Notes: generated by a model not told the origin, from the sequence alone. A DNA stretch of 20,417 bases from an uncultured Pseudomonadota bacterium (GCA_913020725.1 CAJWCD010000063.1:1-20417), one strand, 5' to 3'; shown: positions 1-10,477, counted from the first letter of the stretch. Numbers and translations: made by a program.

Positions 1-196
1 TGGCCATGAACCTCAAAACTGCACTGGCGAGAGTCTGAAGCAGCCCCATCCCGGCAAGCAACCTCGAAACGGCCTCGGCGAGGACGCAAAACGGGACGGC
101 TGCGGTGAAACATGAGTCAAACCGTCCCTCGACCCTGTCTGCCGACAGGCAGGGAAAAGCACCCGGAGGCTCCGTCAGACTTTTTCAGCAGACCCT
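1..196 (+). mobile_element. Probable right end of an IS5-family insertion sequence: transposase C-terminus (..AMNLKTALARV*, stop 36-38) and right inverted repeat TTTTTCAGCAGACCC (181-195)
   Basis: The reading frame from base 3 ends AMNLKTALARV*, resembling the 'AMNL' C-terminal helix of IS5-type DDE transposases. TTTTTCAGCAGACCCTA resembles IS5-group right ends as I recall them. The left end and catalytic core are outside the window. Confidence 0.55.
133..154. repeat. Short palindromic repeat CCCTGTCTGCCGACAGGCAGGG
   Basis: Near-perfect palindrome resembling the dispersed CCTGCCTGCCGGCAGGCAGG-type repeat; lies inside the putative IS 3' non-coding end. Confidence 0.6.
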
Positions 197-282
197 ATTT
201 ACTGATCGGCTTGATTTGCCTTAGCCTTGGGCGTAGATCGCTGGACTGGGTGACACCGTTTGATTTGAATCAGGAAATTCGG

Positions 283-437
283 TAGTCCCCCTCTTGAGTG
301 TTGTTCCTCTGAAAATCGGGAACAATAACTGTAAACCGGGGGAAACGTACCGGAAAACGCCGTCTATTTGCAAAATCCCAACACTTTACAGGGCGCATTT
401 TGCTGAGGACAGGCACCAACACTCAAGAGGGGGACTA
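283..437. mobile_element. MITE-like non-coding element with perfect 21-bp terminal inverted repeats
   Basis: TAGTCCCCCTCTTGAGTGTTG (283-303) is the exact reverse complement of CAACACTCAAGAGGGGGACTA (417-437). It begins and ends with TA (possible target duplication), has no credible ORF and has internal hairpins. Confidence 0.6.
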
Positions 438-483
438 TCTGATTCCTGATGGTCTCGTAAGAACCCACCCATTTTCGTCCAAG

Positions 484-512
484 GTGCCACTGGCCCCAAA
501 TCGGCGTATGAT
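484..512 (+). promoter_or_regulatory. Possible sigma70 promoter for the DUF433 gene
   Basis: GTGCCA (484-489), 17-nt spacer, TATGAT (507-512). Confidence 0.3.
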
Positions 513-531
513 GAAACTGCTTCACGATTGA

Positions 532-839
<308 letters not shown>

Positions 840-873
840 GGCGATGGCCCTTTTGTGCGTGTCCTTGCAAGGG

Positions 874-902
874 TTGACAGTGGAACCGCACCAAGGCATG
901 AT
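874..902 (+). promoter_or_regulatory. Sigma70-like promoter upstream of the DUF1640-like gene
   Basis: TTGACA (874-879), 17-nt spacer, CATGAT (897-902). Confidence 0.5.
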
Positions 903-940
903 GGTGGGGTACTGCAACCGACTTCACGGCACACAAACCC

Positions 941-1163
941 ATGAGCGCACTCACCTTCGACACCCATGCAGTCATCAAGGACTTGACCAATGCTGGGCTC
1001 TCCCCGGAACACGCGGAGGTGTTCACCGGAGCCATCCAGACCGCACAGGACACGCATCTTGAGCAGCTTGCCGCCAAAGCGGACCTCTGAAGGACGCCAT
1101 CATCAAACTCGGTGCTGGACGCTAGGAGTCGCCTCCCTTACCGTCGCCGTACTCGTCGCCTAA
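941..1163 (+). pseudogene. DUF1640/CCDC90-like coiled-coil membrane protein, disrupted
   Basis: 941-1090 encodes MSALTFDTHAVIKDLTNAGLSPEHAEVFTGAIQTAQDTHLEQLAAKADL*, matching the FDT..L..AG...AE...LATKADL pattern. The remainder lies in two other frames: LKDAIIKL from 1087 and the hydrophobic anchor WTLGVASLTVAVLVA* at 1116-1163. Confidence 0.7.
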
Positions 1164-1212
1164 TCTGGAGATGAAATTGGAATGAACCCGCCCCATCAGA
1201 ACACTCCGTAAA

Positions 1213-2085
1213 ATGGACATGAACCAAACTGAATCTCCAACCATCCAACTCCGCAAGCTGCTGGCCCAGCCGGGTCTTGTGGTGGCTCCCGGATGTTACG
1301 ATGCCGTGTCCGCGAAGCTGATTGAGCGGGCAGGGTTTGCGGCGGCATACATGACAGGCTTCGGTAGCACGGCTTCGGTGTTGGGACTTCCGGACGCAGG
1401 CATCATGGACTTCACGCAGATGACCACCCATGCAGGCAATTTGGCAAATGTGCTGAACATCCCCCTGATTGCCGATGCGGACACCGGATACGGTAACGCC
1501 ATCAACACCCACCGCACGGTGCAGACCTACGCCCGTTCCGGAGTCGCGGGTATCCAGTTGGAGGATCAGGTTTCGCCAAAACGCTGCGGCCACACTGCAG
1601 GCAAGGCGGTTATTCCCTTGTCGGAAATGTTGGGAAAACTGCGGGCAGCGCGGGATGCGAGCGCTGAAATTGTGATTGTCGCCCGCACGGATGCACGGGC
1701 GGTCGAGGGTTTTGACTCCGCCTTGGAGCGCTGCCTTGCTTTTGAAGAAACCGGAGCCGATGTCATTTTCTTTGAGGCGCCCCGGAGTTTGGAGGAAATG
1801 CAGGAAATCGCCAAACGCCTCCACAAACCGCTGCTGGCCAATATGGTGGAAGGCGGGCACACACCGTTTCTCCGCGGCTCGGAATTGGAAACCCTCGGTT
1901 TCAAGCTCGCCATCTATCCGGTCACGCTGCTGCTCAGTGCAGTTCATGCCATGCAGAAGCAGTTGCAACGCCTCCGCGAGGAAGACCACGAGTCAATGCG
2001 TCCGGAGCAAGTCAGCTTTCAGGAACTGCAAACCTTGGTGGGCTTTCCGGAGTACGACGCGATGTCGAAACGGTACCAAGCCTGA
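1213..2085 (+). CDS. Isocitrate lyase/PEP mutase superfamily C-C lyase (2,3-dimethylmalate lyase / methylisocitrate lyase-like)
   Basis: Motifs PGCYD, YMTGFG, DADTGYG, QLEDQ, KRCGH (catalytic Cys), ARTDA, NMVEGG. Start may be 1219. Confidence 0.9.
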   Translation: MDMNQTESPTIQLRKLLAQPGLVVAPGCYDAVSAKLIERAGFAAAYMTGFGSTASVLGLPDAGIMDFTQMTTHAGNLANVLNIPLIADADTGYGNAINTHRTVQTYARSGVAGIQLEDQVSPKRCGHTAGKAVIPLSEMLGKLRAARDASAEIVIVARTDARAVEGFDSALERCLAFEETGADVIFFEAPRSLEEMQEIAKRLHKPLLANMVEGGHTPFLRGSELETLGFKLAIYPVTLLLSAVHAMQKQLQRLREEDHESMRPEQVSFQELQTLVGFPEYDAMSKRYQA

Positions 2086-2469
<384 letters not shown>

Positions 2470-2577
2470 GTTTCAAAAAATTCATTTCTTCGCTTGTCAA
2501 TTCCCCAGTGGCGGGTTATCACATTGGATGTTCATTGAATCCCACGCCGGGATGCAACGCCACCTAGAAGGAAACGC

Positions 2578-3570
2578 TTGGCGAAACTGCTTGAAGTTCA
2601 AGACCTCAAAACCCAGTTCTACACCTCCCAAGGAACGGTGCTTGCCGTGGACGGCATCACCTACGATGTCGAAGCAGGCGAAACTGTCGCCATTGTCGGC
2701 GAATCCGGCTGCGGAAAATCGGTCGGCGCCCTCTCCATCCTCAAGCTGATCCCCGATCCCCCCGGAAAGACTGTCGGTGGCAAAATCAACTTCATGGGGC
2801 AAGACCTGTTGAAGCTCAGTGATGCCAAAATCCGCAAGATTCGCGGTCGGGACATCAGCATGATCTTTCAGGAACCGATGACCTCGCTCAATCCGGTCCT
2901 CACGATTGGACTCCAACTCACGGAGGCGATGGAGTTTCACTTGGGAATCAACCGCAAGGAGGCGGAAACGCAGGCGGTGAAGTGGTTGGAGATGGTGGGA
3001 ATTTCGGAAGCAAAGCGGCGACTGCGGCAGTACCCGCACCACCTCAGCGGAGGGATGCGGCAGCGGGTGATGATCGCGATGGCCCTTTGCTGCGAACCTA
3101 AGCTGATCATCGCGGACGAGCCGACCACCGCGCTCGATGTCACCATTCAGGCGCAGATTCTGGAGTTGATGAAAGACCTCTCGAAGCGACTGGGAGTGGC
3201 ACTCATCATCATCACGCACAACCTTGGGGTGGTCGCCCGTTACGCGGATCGGGTGAATGTGATGTATGCCGGCAAGATCATCGAATCCGGAACCGCCCAC
3301 GACATCTACCACCGACCGTCCCATCCGTACACGCTGGGATTGCTCAACTCGGTGCCGCGACTCGACCAACCCCGCAAGGAGCGCTTGCAGCCCATCAGTG
3401 GGCAACCTCCGGATTTGACCCATTTGGACAACGGTTGTGTGTTCCGTCCGCGTTGCAGTTTCATGGTGGCTCAATGCGCGACGGCGTATCCGCCCTTGGA
3501 GGAGGTGGAGACGGCTCACAGCTCTGCGTGTTGGGAAAAGCACAAGCTCGGCGAACCCGTTGCTGCCTGA
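2578..3570 (+). CDS. Opp/Dpp-type ABC transporter ATP-binding protein (OppD/DppD-like)
   Basis: Walker A GESGCGKS, signature LSGGMRQR, Walker B IIADEPTTALD, C-terminal Cys-containing HPYT..GCVFRPRC domain. TTG start with GAAGGA upstream. Confidence 0.95.
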   Translation: MAKLLEVQDLKTQFYTSQGTVLAVDGITYDVEAGETVAIVGESGCGKSVGALSILKLIPDPPGKTVGGKINFMGQDLLKLSDAKIRKIRGRDISMIFQEPMTSLNPVLTIGLQLTEAMEFHLGINRKEAETQAVKWLEMVGISEAKRRLRQYPHHLSGGMRQRVMIAMALCCEPKLIIADEPTTALDVTIQAQILELMKDLSKRLGVALIIITHNLGVVARYADRVNVMYAGKIIESGTAHDIYHRPSHPYTLGLLNSVPRLDQPRKERLQPISGQPPDLTHLDNGCVFRPRCSFMVAQCATAYPPLEEVETAHSSACWEKHKLGEPVAA

Positions 3571-3588
3571 CTCTGTCCTTTCACCTGA

Positions 3589-4635
3589 ATGTCGTTGCCC
3601 CTAAACAAGATGGCCACCACCACCACTGCCTCACACGCACCGAACAGCAATCCGCAAGACAACGATGTGCTGCTGGAGGTCTCCGGACTGAAAATGCACT
3701 TCCCGATCAGCGAGGGGTTGATTTTTCAGAAGGCCGTCTCGGTGGTCAAGGCGGTGGATGGGGTCAGCTTCAACATTCGCAAGGGCGAGACGTTGGGGCT
3801 TGTCGGCGAATCCGGCTGCGGCAAGACCACCACCGGCCGCTGTATCCTCCAGCTTGAGAAAGCCACCGAGGGGCAGATTCTCTTTGAGGGGCAGGATTTG
3901 ACCCAACTCAACTCCAAGGCTCTGATTCCGCTACGGCAGAAAATTCAGGTCATTTTTCAGGATCCCTACAGTTCGCTGAATCCGCGTTTGAAGATTGGTG
4001 ACACGATCTCCGAGCCGATGAAGGTGCATGGCGTGGAACCCGATGCAAGCCAACGCAGAAAAAGGGTCACCGAGTTACTGAACATCTGCGGGCTGCCTGC
4101 AAAAATGGCCGACCGCTATCCCCACGAAATGAGTGGTGGACAGCGCCAGCGTGTGGGCATTGCCCGTGCCCTGTCGCTGCGTCCGGAGTTCATCATTTGC
4201 GACGAGGCGGTTTCGGCACTGGACGTTTCGATTCAGGCCCAGATCATCAACTTGCTGGAGGATTTGCGCGAGGAGTTCCAACTGACCTACCTCTTCATTG
4301 CCCACGACCTCAGCGTCGTGCGTCACCTCTGCCACAAGGTGGCGGTGATGTACTTGGGCAAGATTGTGGAACTGGCCGACTGCGATGAACTCTACAACAA
4401 CCCCCAGCATCCGTACACGAAGGCACTGCTGACTGCAGTGCCGGTTCCGGACCCGGAGGTGGAGAAGCACCGCGAGCACAGCATCATGAGCGGCGAGGTG
4501 CCCAGCCCCATCAACCCGCCCCCCGGCTGTGTGTTCCACCCGCGCTGCTCCTTGGCCGTGGAAGGCTGCAAGCAGCAGGTTCCGGATTTGAGAAATACCG
4601 TTGCGGACCACTTTGTGGCCTGCACCGAGGTCTGA
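3589..4635 (+). CDS. Opp/Dpp-type ABC transporter ATP-binding protein (OppF/DppF-like)
   Basis: [38 protein letters not shown]. Alternative start ATG at 3610. Confidence 0.95.
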   Translation: MSLPLNKMATTTTASHAPNSNPQDNDVLLEVSGLKMHFPISEGLIFQKAVSVVKAVDGVSFNIRKGETLGLVGESGCGKTTTGRCILQLEKATEGQILFEGQDLTQLNSKALIPLRQKIQVIFQDPYSSLNPRLKIGDTISEPMKVHGVEPDASQRRKRVTELLNICGLPAKMADRYPHEMSGGQRQRVGIARALSLRPEFIICDEAVSALDVSIQAQIINLLEDLREEFQLTYLFIAHDLSVVRHLCHKVAVMYLGKIVELADCDELYNNPQHPYTKALLTAVPVPDPEVEKHREHSIMSGEVPSPINPPPGCVFHPRCSLAVEGCKQQVPDLRNTVADHFVACTEV

Positions 4636-4714
4636 CTGCCAGTTCCGGCAGTTGGCGGGCGCATGCGCCTGTTTTGGGAGGTGAACTCCCGCAATCATCA
4701 GTTCAGGAGGAGTG

Positions 4715-6328
4715 ATGACAAGATTCAAAACCGCATGGGCATTGGCTGTCGGCGTGACGCTGGCCTTTGCCCTCAGTTCCGTCACCGTGGTGGCGGCAAC
4801 CCCAAAACGGGGAGGTACCCTCAATTTTGTGACAGGGTCGAAGATACCTTCCTACGACCTGCACCGCGAAACCACCTTCGGGGTGATCCACCCACTCCGG
4901 CCGTTCTACAGCCTGCTCATCCGGGTGAATCCCGACAACCCTTCGTCGCCCACAGATTTTGTCTGTGACGTGTGCGAGGGCAAGGTGGATCCGTTGGGTA
5001 CCGAAGGCGGGACGAAGTTCACCTTCAAGATCCGCAGGGGTATCAAGTTCCACGATGGCACGCCGATGAACGCGCACGACGTGGTGGCCACGTTCAACAA
5101 GATCATCTTCCCGCCGGAAGGCATTCCGAGTTCCCGCAAGGCGTTCTTCAAGATGGTTGCAAGCGTGACCGCGCCGGACGACTACACGGTGATCTTCAAG
5201 CTGGATTATCCGTCCGGTTCCTTCATTCCCGCCGTGGCAACCCCGTTCAACATCATCATGTCCAAGAAGGACCTGGACACGCATGGGTATAGCTGGCACA
5301 AGAAGAACATCAACGGCACGGGTGCGTTCCGCTTTGTGGAACACCAGCCGGGTTCCTTCGTGAGTGGTAAGCGCTATGAAGGCTATCACCATGCGGGCCG
5401 CCCGTATCTGGATGGGTTCAAGTCCATTTCGGCACCGAAACTCGCCGTGCGCGTGAACGCCATCCGCGGGAATCAGGCGGCCATCGAGTTCCGGGGATTC
5501 CCGCCCAAGCACCGGGATGACCTCGTCAAGGCGCTTGGTGACAAGATCACGGTGCAGGAAAGCGACTGGAACTGCGTGCTGCTCTTCACGCCCAACCAGA
5601 AGCGCAAACCCTTCGATGATCCCCGTGTGCGCCGTGCGCTCAGTCTGGCAGTGGATCGCTGGGGCGGCTCGAAATACCTCTCCCGCATTGCCATTGTGAA
5701 AACGGTCGGCGGAGTGGTCTTCCCGAACCACCCACTGGCGGCGACCGAGGCCGAGCTGGTCAAGCTTGCCGGCTATGGTAAAGACTTGGCAGCGAACCGG
5801 GCTGAAGCCAAGCGACTGCTCAAGGAAGCCGGGCAGGAGGGTATGTCCTTTGAGTTGCACAACCGTGGCGTGGACCAGCCCTACAAGGTGCTGGGCGTTT
5901 GGCTGATTGACCAGTGGAAGCAGATCGGACTCAAGGTTTCGCACCGTGTGCAGCCGTCCGGGCCGTTCTACGACACGCTGCGCAAGAAGTCCGATTTCGA
6001 TGTTTCGATCGACTTCAACTGCCAGTCGGTGATCAACCCGATCGCGGATATCACCAAGTTCCTTGGCAGTGCCGGCAACAACTACGGGCAGTACGATGAT
6101 GAGGTTTTGGAGTATCTGTATGACAAAATCGCCCGCTCCCCGGATCCGGCAGAGCAACGCAGCCTGATTCGTCTTTATGAGGACCGTGCTTTAAGTGAGA
6201 TGATGCACGTCGGCATCACCCTCTGGTGGTACAAGATCAACCCGCACCGCTCCTATGTGAAGGGTTGGAACATCGCGCCGAGCCATTACCTCAACCAGCA
6301 TCTGGATAACGTCTGGCTCGATAAGTAA
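4715..6328 (+). CDS. ABC transporter substrate-binding protein, family 5 (Opp/Dpp/Nik type)
   Basis: RBS AGGAGG at 4705-4710, hydrophobic signal peptide, motifs PKRGGTL, FKIRRGIKFHDG, NGTGAF, PFDDPRVRRALSLAVDR and C-terminal LDNVWLD. Confidence 0.95.
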   Translation: MTRFKTAWALAVGVTLAFALSSVTVVAATPKRGGTLNFVTGSKIPSYDLHRETTFGVIHPLRPFYSLLIRVNPDNPSSPTDFVCDVCEGKVDPLGTEGGTKFTFKIRRGIKFHDGTPMNAHDVVATFNKIIFPPEGIPSSRKAFFKMVASVTAPDDYTVIFKLDYPSGSFIPAVATPFNIIMSKKDLDTHGYSWHKKNINGTGAFRFVEHQPGSFVSGKRYEGYHHAGRPYLDGFKSISAPKLAVRVNAIRGNQAAIEFRGFPPKHRDDLVKALGDKITVQESDWNCVLLFTPNQKRKPFDDPRVRRALSLAVDRWGGSKYLSRIAIVKTVGGVVFPNHPLAATEAELVKLAGYGKDLAANRAEAKRLLKEAGQEGMSFELHNRGVDQPYKVLGVWLIDQWKQIGLKVSHRVQPSGPFYDTLRKKSDFDVSIDFNCQSVINPIADITKFLGSAGNNYGQYDDEVLEYLYDKIARSPDPAEQRSLIRLYEDRALSEMMHVGITLWWYKINPHRSYVKGWNIAPSHYLNQHLDNVWLDK

Positions 6329-6337
6329 ACCCCTCAC

Positions 6338-6421
6338 CCTCCCTCTGTGCGGCTTTCGACGGCACAGGAGGAGGCCAGCAATTTGGTGGGCGGAGCACTT
6401 CTCCGGAAAGCTCCGCTCCAC
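6338..6421 (+). promoter_or_regulatory. Two intercistronic stem-loops after the SBP gene (mRNA stabiliser or partial terminator)
   Basis: CCTCCCTCTGTGC...GCACAGGAGGAGG (6338-6374) and GTGGGCGGAGC...GCTCCGCTCCAC (6386-6421). Confidence 0.5.
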
Positions 6422-6479
6422 GCTTTGGAATTCTAATAATTTATGTTCGCCTGTTTAGGCTAAAACCTATTCTTCCAGT

Positions 6480-7451
<972 letters not shown>

Positions 7452-7483
7452 CTTCCCCGCCAACCCTTCGATCCTGAGCCTCC

Positions 7484-8383
7484 ATGTCCGCCACTGCCGA
7501 AGCTACCCTTGAACTCCAAGAGGAACTCCCGGAAAAAAAGTCTTGGACAAAGGTCGTGCTTGGCCTGATCCGTAGTAAACCCCTCGGAGCCGCAGGCGCC
7601 TTCATCGTCTTGGTCATGATCCTCATGGCCGTCTTTGCAGAGATCGTCGCTCCCTTTGATCCGGAACAGAATTCTTATGAACTCATGCTCATGGCTCCAG
7701 ATTGGACCCACCTGTTCGGGACGGATCAATTTGGGCGGGACATCTTTTCTCGAATTATTTACGGTGCGCGTACAGCTCTTTTCGTGGGTTTCGTCTCAGC
7801 TCTCGTTGGGGCAACCACCGGACTTGTCCTCGGCGTGAGCAGTGCGTATTTTGGAGGCAGGTTCGACCTCATCTTTCAACGGGTGATGGATATCTTCATG
7901 GCGTTCCCGTTGATCATCCTCGCTCTCGCAGTCGTAGCGATTTTCGGAACCGGCACTCAGAACGTGATACTTGCGATCACGATTCCCTTCATCCCGCGTT
8001 GCGCTCGCGTGGTGCGTTCCAACGCCTTGGCCATCCGGGAAATCCCGTATGTGGACGCAGCCCGAGCCTTGGGGTACAGCCACACCCGCATCATCATGCA
8101 GCACATGATCCCCAACGTGATGGCTCCATTCCTGATTATGATCTCCGCATTTGTGGGTCAGGCGATTCTGCTGGAAGCCTCGCTTTCCTACCTTGGGCTG
8201 GGGGTGCAGGAGCCTATTGCAGCCTGGGGTTTGATGCTGCAAGGTGGCGCAGAAGAGTTTGCCGAAAGTGCCCCGTGGATCCCCATCTTTCCCGGAGTCG
8301 CCATCAGCCTTGCCGTCTTTGGGTTCAATCTCTTTGGCGATGCCATCCGGGACGTGCTGGACCCCAAGCTGCGCTCTCAGTGA
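7484..8383 (+). CDS. ABC transporter permease (OppC/DppC-like)
   Basis: HLFGTDQFGRDIFSRIIYGAR, YVDAARALG, HMIPN, EASLSYLGLG, FNLFGDAIRDVLDP. Confidence 0.95.
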   Translation: MSATAEATLELQEELPEKKSWTKVVLGLIRSKPLGAAGAFIVLVMILMAVFAEIVAPFDPEQNSYELMLMAPDWTHLFGTDQFGRDIFSRIIYGARTALFVGFVSALVGATTGLVLGVSSAYFGGRFDLIFQRVMDIFMAFPLIILALAVVAIFGTGTQNVILAITIPFIPRCARVVRSNALAIREIPYVDAARALGYSHTRIIMQHMIPNVMAPFLIMISAFVGQAILLEASLSYLGLGVQEPIAAWGLMLQGGAEEFAESAPWIPIFPGVAISLAVFGFNLFGDAIRDVLDPKLRSQ

Positions 8384-8413
8384 TTGGTGGGTTTGCTCCC
8401 CTGCCTTGTTGAG

Positions 8414-8472
8414 AAAATCCCCCCTCAATCCCCCCTTTTCCAAAGGAGGGAAGGCGAAGCTGGAGGGATTTT
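8414..8472. repeat. Palindromic element AAAATCCCCCCTCAATCCCCCCTTTTCCAAAGGAGGG...GGAGGGATTTT
   Basis: Outer arms AAAATCCC/GGGATTTT with an inner CCCCTTT..AAAGG(A)GGG hairpin; a related partial copy lies at 17147-17173. Confidence 0.6.
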
Positions 8473-9597
8473 CCTTTGCGAAAACTTGTCCAGCAGCAGA
8501 AAAACCGGGGGCATCAGCACCGACAGAAAGAGCAATCGGCAGAGGTGCAACGAAGCAACAATCCGCAAATCGCCCCCCAAGTCATCGGCCACGGCGGTCA
8601 AGCTGGCGGCCCCTCCAGGAACGCTGCTGAGCAGGGCGGTGACCAGGTCGAGCGGCGTGATCCAGTACAGCACGAATCCCATCAACACGCCCAGAGTCAC
8701 CAACACTAGAATGATGCAGGCTGCCGGAAGCAGGACCTGCTTGAGCGTCTTGAGGGTTTCGGCATTGAGGCGGGCACCCACTGAAACGGCGAGCAACATG
8801 ATGGCGACCTGCTTGATGGCTGGGTGCAGCGGGCCGAATTCATAGAAAAAGAGGTTGATTCCGCCTGTGATCAGCAACGGAATCAGCATGTCCGCGCCAG
8901 GAAATTTGAAACGGTTTGTGAGCAGGTAGCTGCCCAGTCCAATCATGGCCACGAGCAGCATCGTGGTGGGCGACATCGCTGCTACAGGCGTCAACGCGAT
9001 GCCTCCCCCGGCGCCAAGCGCAAAGGGGGTGACAATCGTGATCAACGTCGGCATGGTGAAGACGATCACTGTCAGCCGGAAAAAGTGAATGACGGCGACA
9101 ACGTGAACCTTGAGGTTCAAATCAGCCGCCAAACCCACCATCACCGGCAACCCTCCAGGCAATGAACTCAAGATTGAGGTGGCACGATCCAACGCGGTCC
9201 ATTTTGAAAGCAGTATCCCCAGCAAGAACCCGGTCGTCACCAGCACGATGATTTGCACCAAGACGGGAAGCAGGGCAAGTTTCAACGGTTCCAGCACCTC
9301 CTGCTGGAAAGAGGTGCCGATGACGATGGCGATGAGGATTTGCCCCATCTTGTGAAATGTGTTGATTCCTGCAATCTTGACGGTGGAGAGCATCCGGTAC
9401 ATGCTGCTGAACACCATGCCGCCCATGAACAGGCCCGCAGGCACCCCAAAGCGCATCACCAGCCAGCCCCCGGCAACGCCCACGAGGAGAATGGCCACTC
9501 CATGGAGGCGGCTGCGGGAATTCTGGAACCAGAAAGAGGGTATGATTTCGAAACGTGGGTTGAGTGTGGATGCCTGCCTGCACGGGCATGACAGCAA
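8425..9597 (-). CDS. abrB: AbrB-family membrane protein (PF05145 type, 'putative ammonia monooxygenase', internally duplicated)
   Basis: Two homologous halves, each with a Q...IG..F, AT/TA..SS.PGG...A.DL and H..RL motif; about 10 hydrophobic helices. The true start is uncertain: the ORF-track start lies in a repeat, and GTG at 9498 is an alternative. Confidence 0.88.
   Translation of the reverse strand: MLSCPCRQASTLNPRFEIIPSFWFQNSRSRLHGVAILLVGVAGGWLVMRFGVPAGLFMGGMVFSSMYRMLSTVKIAGINTFHKMGQILIAIVIGTSFQQEVLEPLKLALLPVLVQIIVLVTTGFLLGILLSKWTALDRATSILSSLPGGLPVMVGLAADLNLKVHVVAVIHFFRLTVIVFTMPTLITIVTPFALGAGGGIALTPVAAMSPTTMLLVAMIGLGSYLLTNRFKFPGADMLIPLLITGGINLFFYEFGPLHPAIKQVAIMLLAVSVGARLNAETLKTLKQVLLPAACIILVLVTLGVLMGFVLYWITPLDLVTALLSSVPGGAASLTAVADDLGGDLRIVASLHLCRLLFLSVLMPPVFLLLDKFSQRKIPPASPSLLWKRGD
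9567..9592. repeat. REP/dRS3-like palindrome TGGATGCCTGCCTGCACGGGCATGAC
   Basis: Matches the TGGATTCCCGC..GCGGGAATGAC class of dispersed palindromes; stem ATGCC(T)G / CGGGCAT. Confidence 0.65.
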
Positions 9598-9666
9598 AGG
9601 TACAATTTTTCACCCGTATCATTCATTATTTCAAGAATCTTTCAGAACGCAACTCGACGAGGTCTC

Positions 9667-10461
9667 GTGACTCCAGACATCAACAAAATTCTCTCCGAGA
9701 AAAACGAGCGCATCGGGCGCATCATTTTCAATAATCCGGAACGCCGCAACGCCATGTCGCTGGCGATGTGGCAAACCGCCAAGGAGGTGCTTCAGGATTT
9801 CATTGACGATCCGGAAATTCGCGTGATTGTGCTTTCCGGAGCCGGGGGCAAGGCGTTTGTGTCCGGTGCGGACATTTCCAAGTTCGCTACCGAACGTGCT
9901 ACCGTGGAGGACACGCAACGCTACAACAAAGCCACTGGAGCCACCTCCGACTTGCTGAGCACCTGTCCGAAGCCGACCATCGCGCAGATTCAGGGCTTTT
10001 GCATGGGCGGCGGTCTCGCGCTCGCATTGTGCTGCGATCTGCGGATTTGTACGGTAGCCTCTCAATTCGGGCTGCCTGCCGCCAAACTTAGTGTGGGTTA
10101 CGGCTTTGGCGGTATCCGACGCCTCGCTGAAATTGTGGGTCCGGCCTTTGCGCGGGAAATCACCTTCACCGGACGCCGCTTCAGTTCTCAAGAAGCCGAA
10201 GTCATGGGCTTGGTGAACCGCATTGTTCCGGAAGCCGAACTGGCGTCGTATGTGAGCGACTACGCCACGACCATCGCGGACAACGCCCCGTTGACGATTG
10301 CAGCGATGAAGAAGATTTTCGTGGAGTTGGGCAAGGATCCGGACTCACGCGATCTGGACGGATGCCAAACCCTGGTGGAACGCTGCTTCGGCAGTGAGGA
10401 TTATGTCGAGGGGCGGCAGGCGTTTCTGGAAAAGCGGAAGCCGAATTTTCAGGGACGCTGA
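9667..10461 (+). CDS. Enoyl-CoA hydratase/isomerase (crotonase) family protein
   Basis: NNPERRNAM, AFVSGADI and MGGG oxyanion-hole motifs, EDYVEGRQAFLEKRKPNFQGR end. GTG start with GAGG upstream. Confidence 0.92.
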   Translation: MTPDINKILSEKNERIGRIIFNNPERRNAMSLAMWQTAKEVLQDFIDDPEIRVIVLSGAGGKAFVSGADISKFATERATVEDTQRYNKATGATSDLLSTCPKPTIAQIQGFCMGGGLALALCCDLRICTVASQFGLPAAKLSVGYGFGGIRRLAEIVGPAFAREITFTGRRFSSQEAEVMGLVNRIVPEAELASYVSDYATTIADNAPLTIAAMKKIFVELGKDPDSRDLDGCQTLVERCFGSEDYVEGRQAFLEKRKPNFQGR

Positions 10462-10477
10462 GGATTTCCGGGTTTGG

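Noticed and set aside
269..450. Retron msr-msd or cobalamin riboswitch (AACTGTAA at 327-334)
   Set aside because: There is no reverse transcriptase adjacent and the other B12-box elements are absent; perfect TIRs with TA ends fit a MITE better.
1213..2085. Assignment as prpB or PEP mutase (phosphonate biosynthesis)
   Set aside because: It lacks the EDK..PK.NS PEP-mutase motif and has no methylcitrate-cycle neighbours, so the symbol is withheld.
2494..2522. Promoter TTGTCA-17-TATCAC upstream of the ABC operon
   Set aside because: The -10 lacks the conserved final T; too weak to list without transcription start data.
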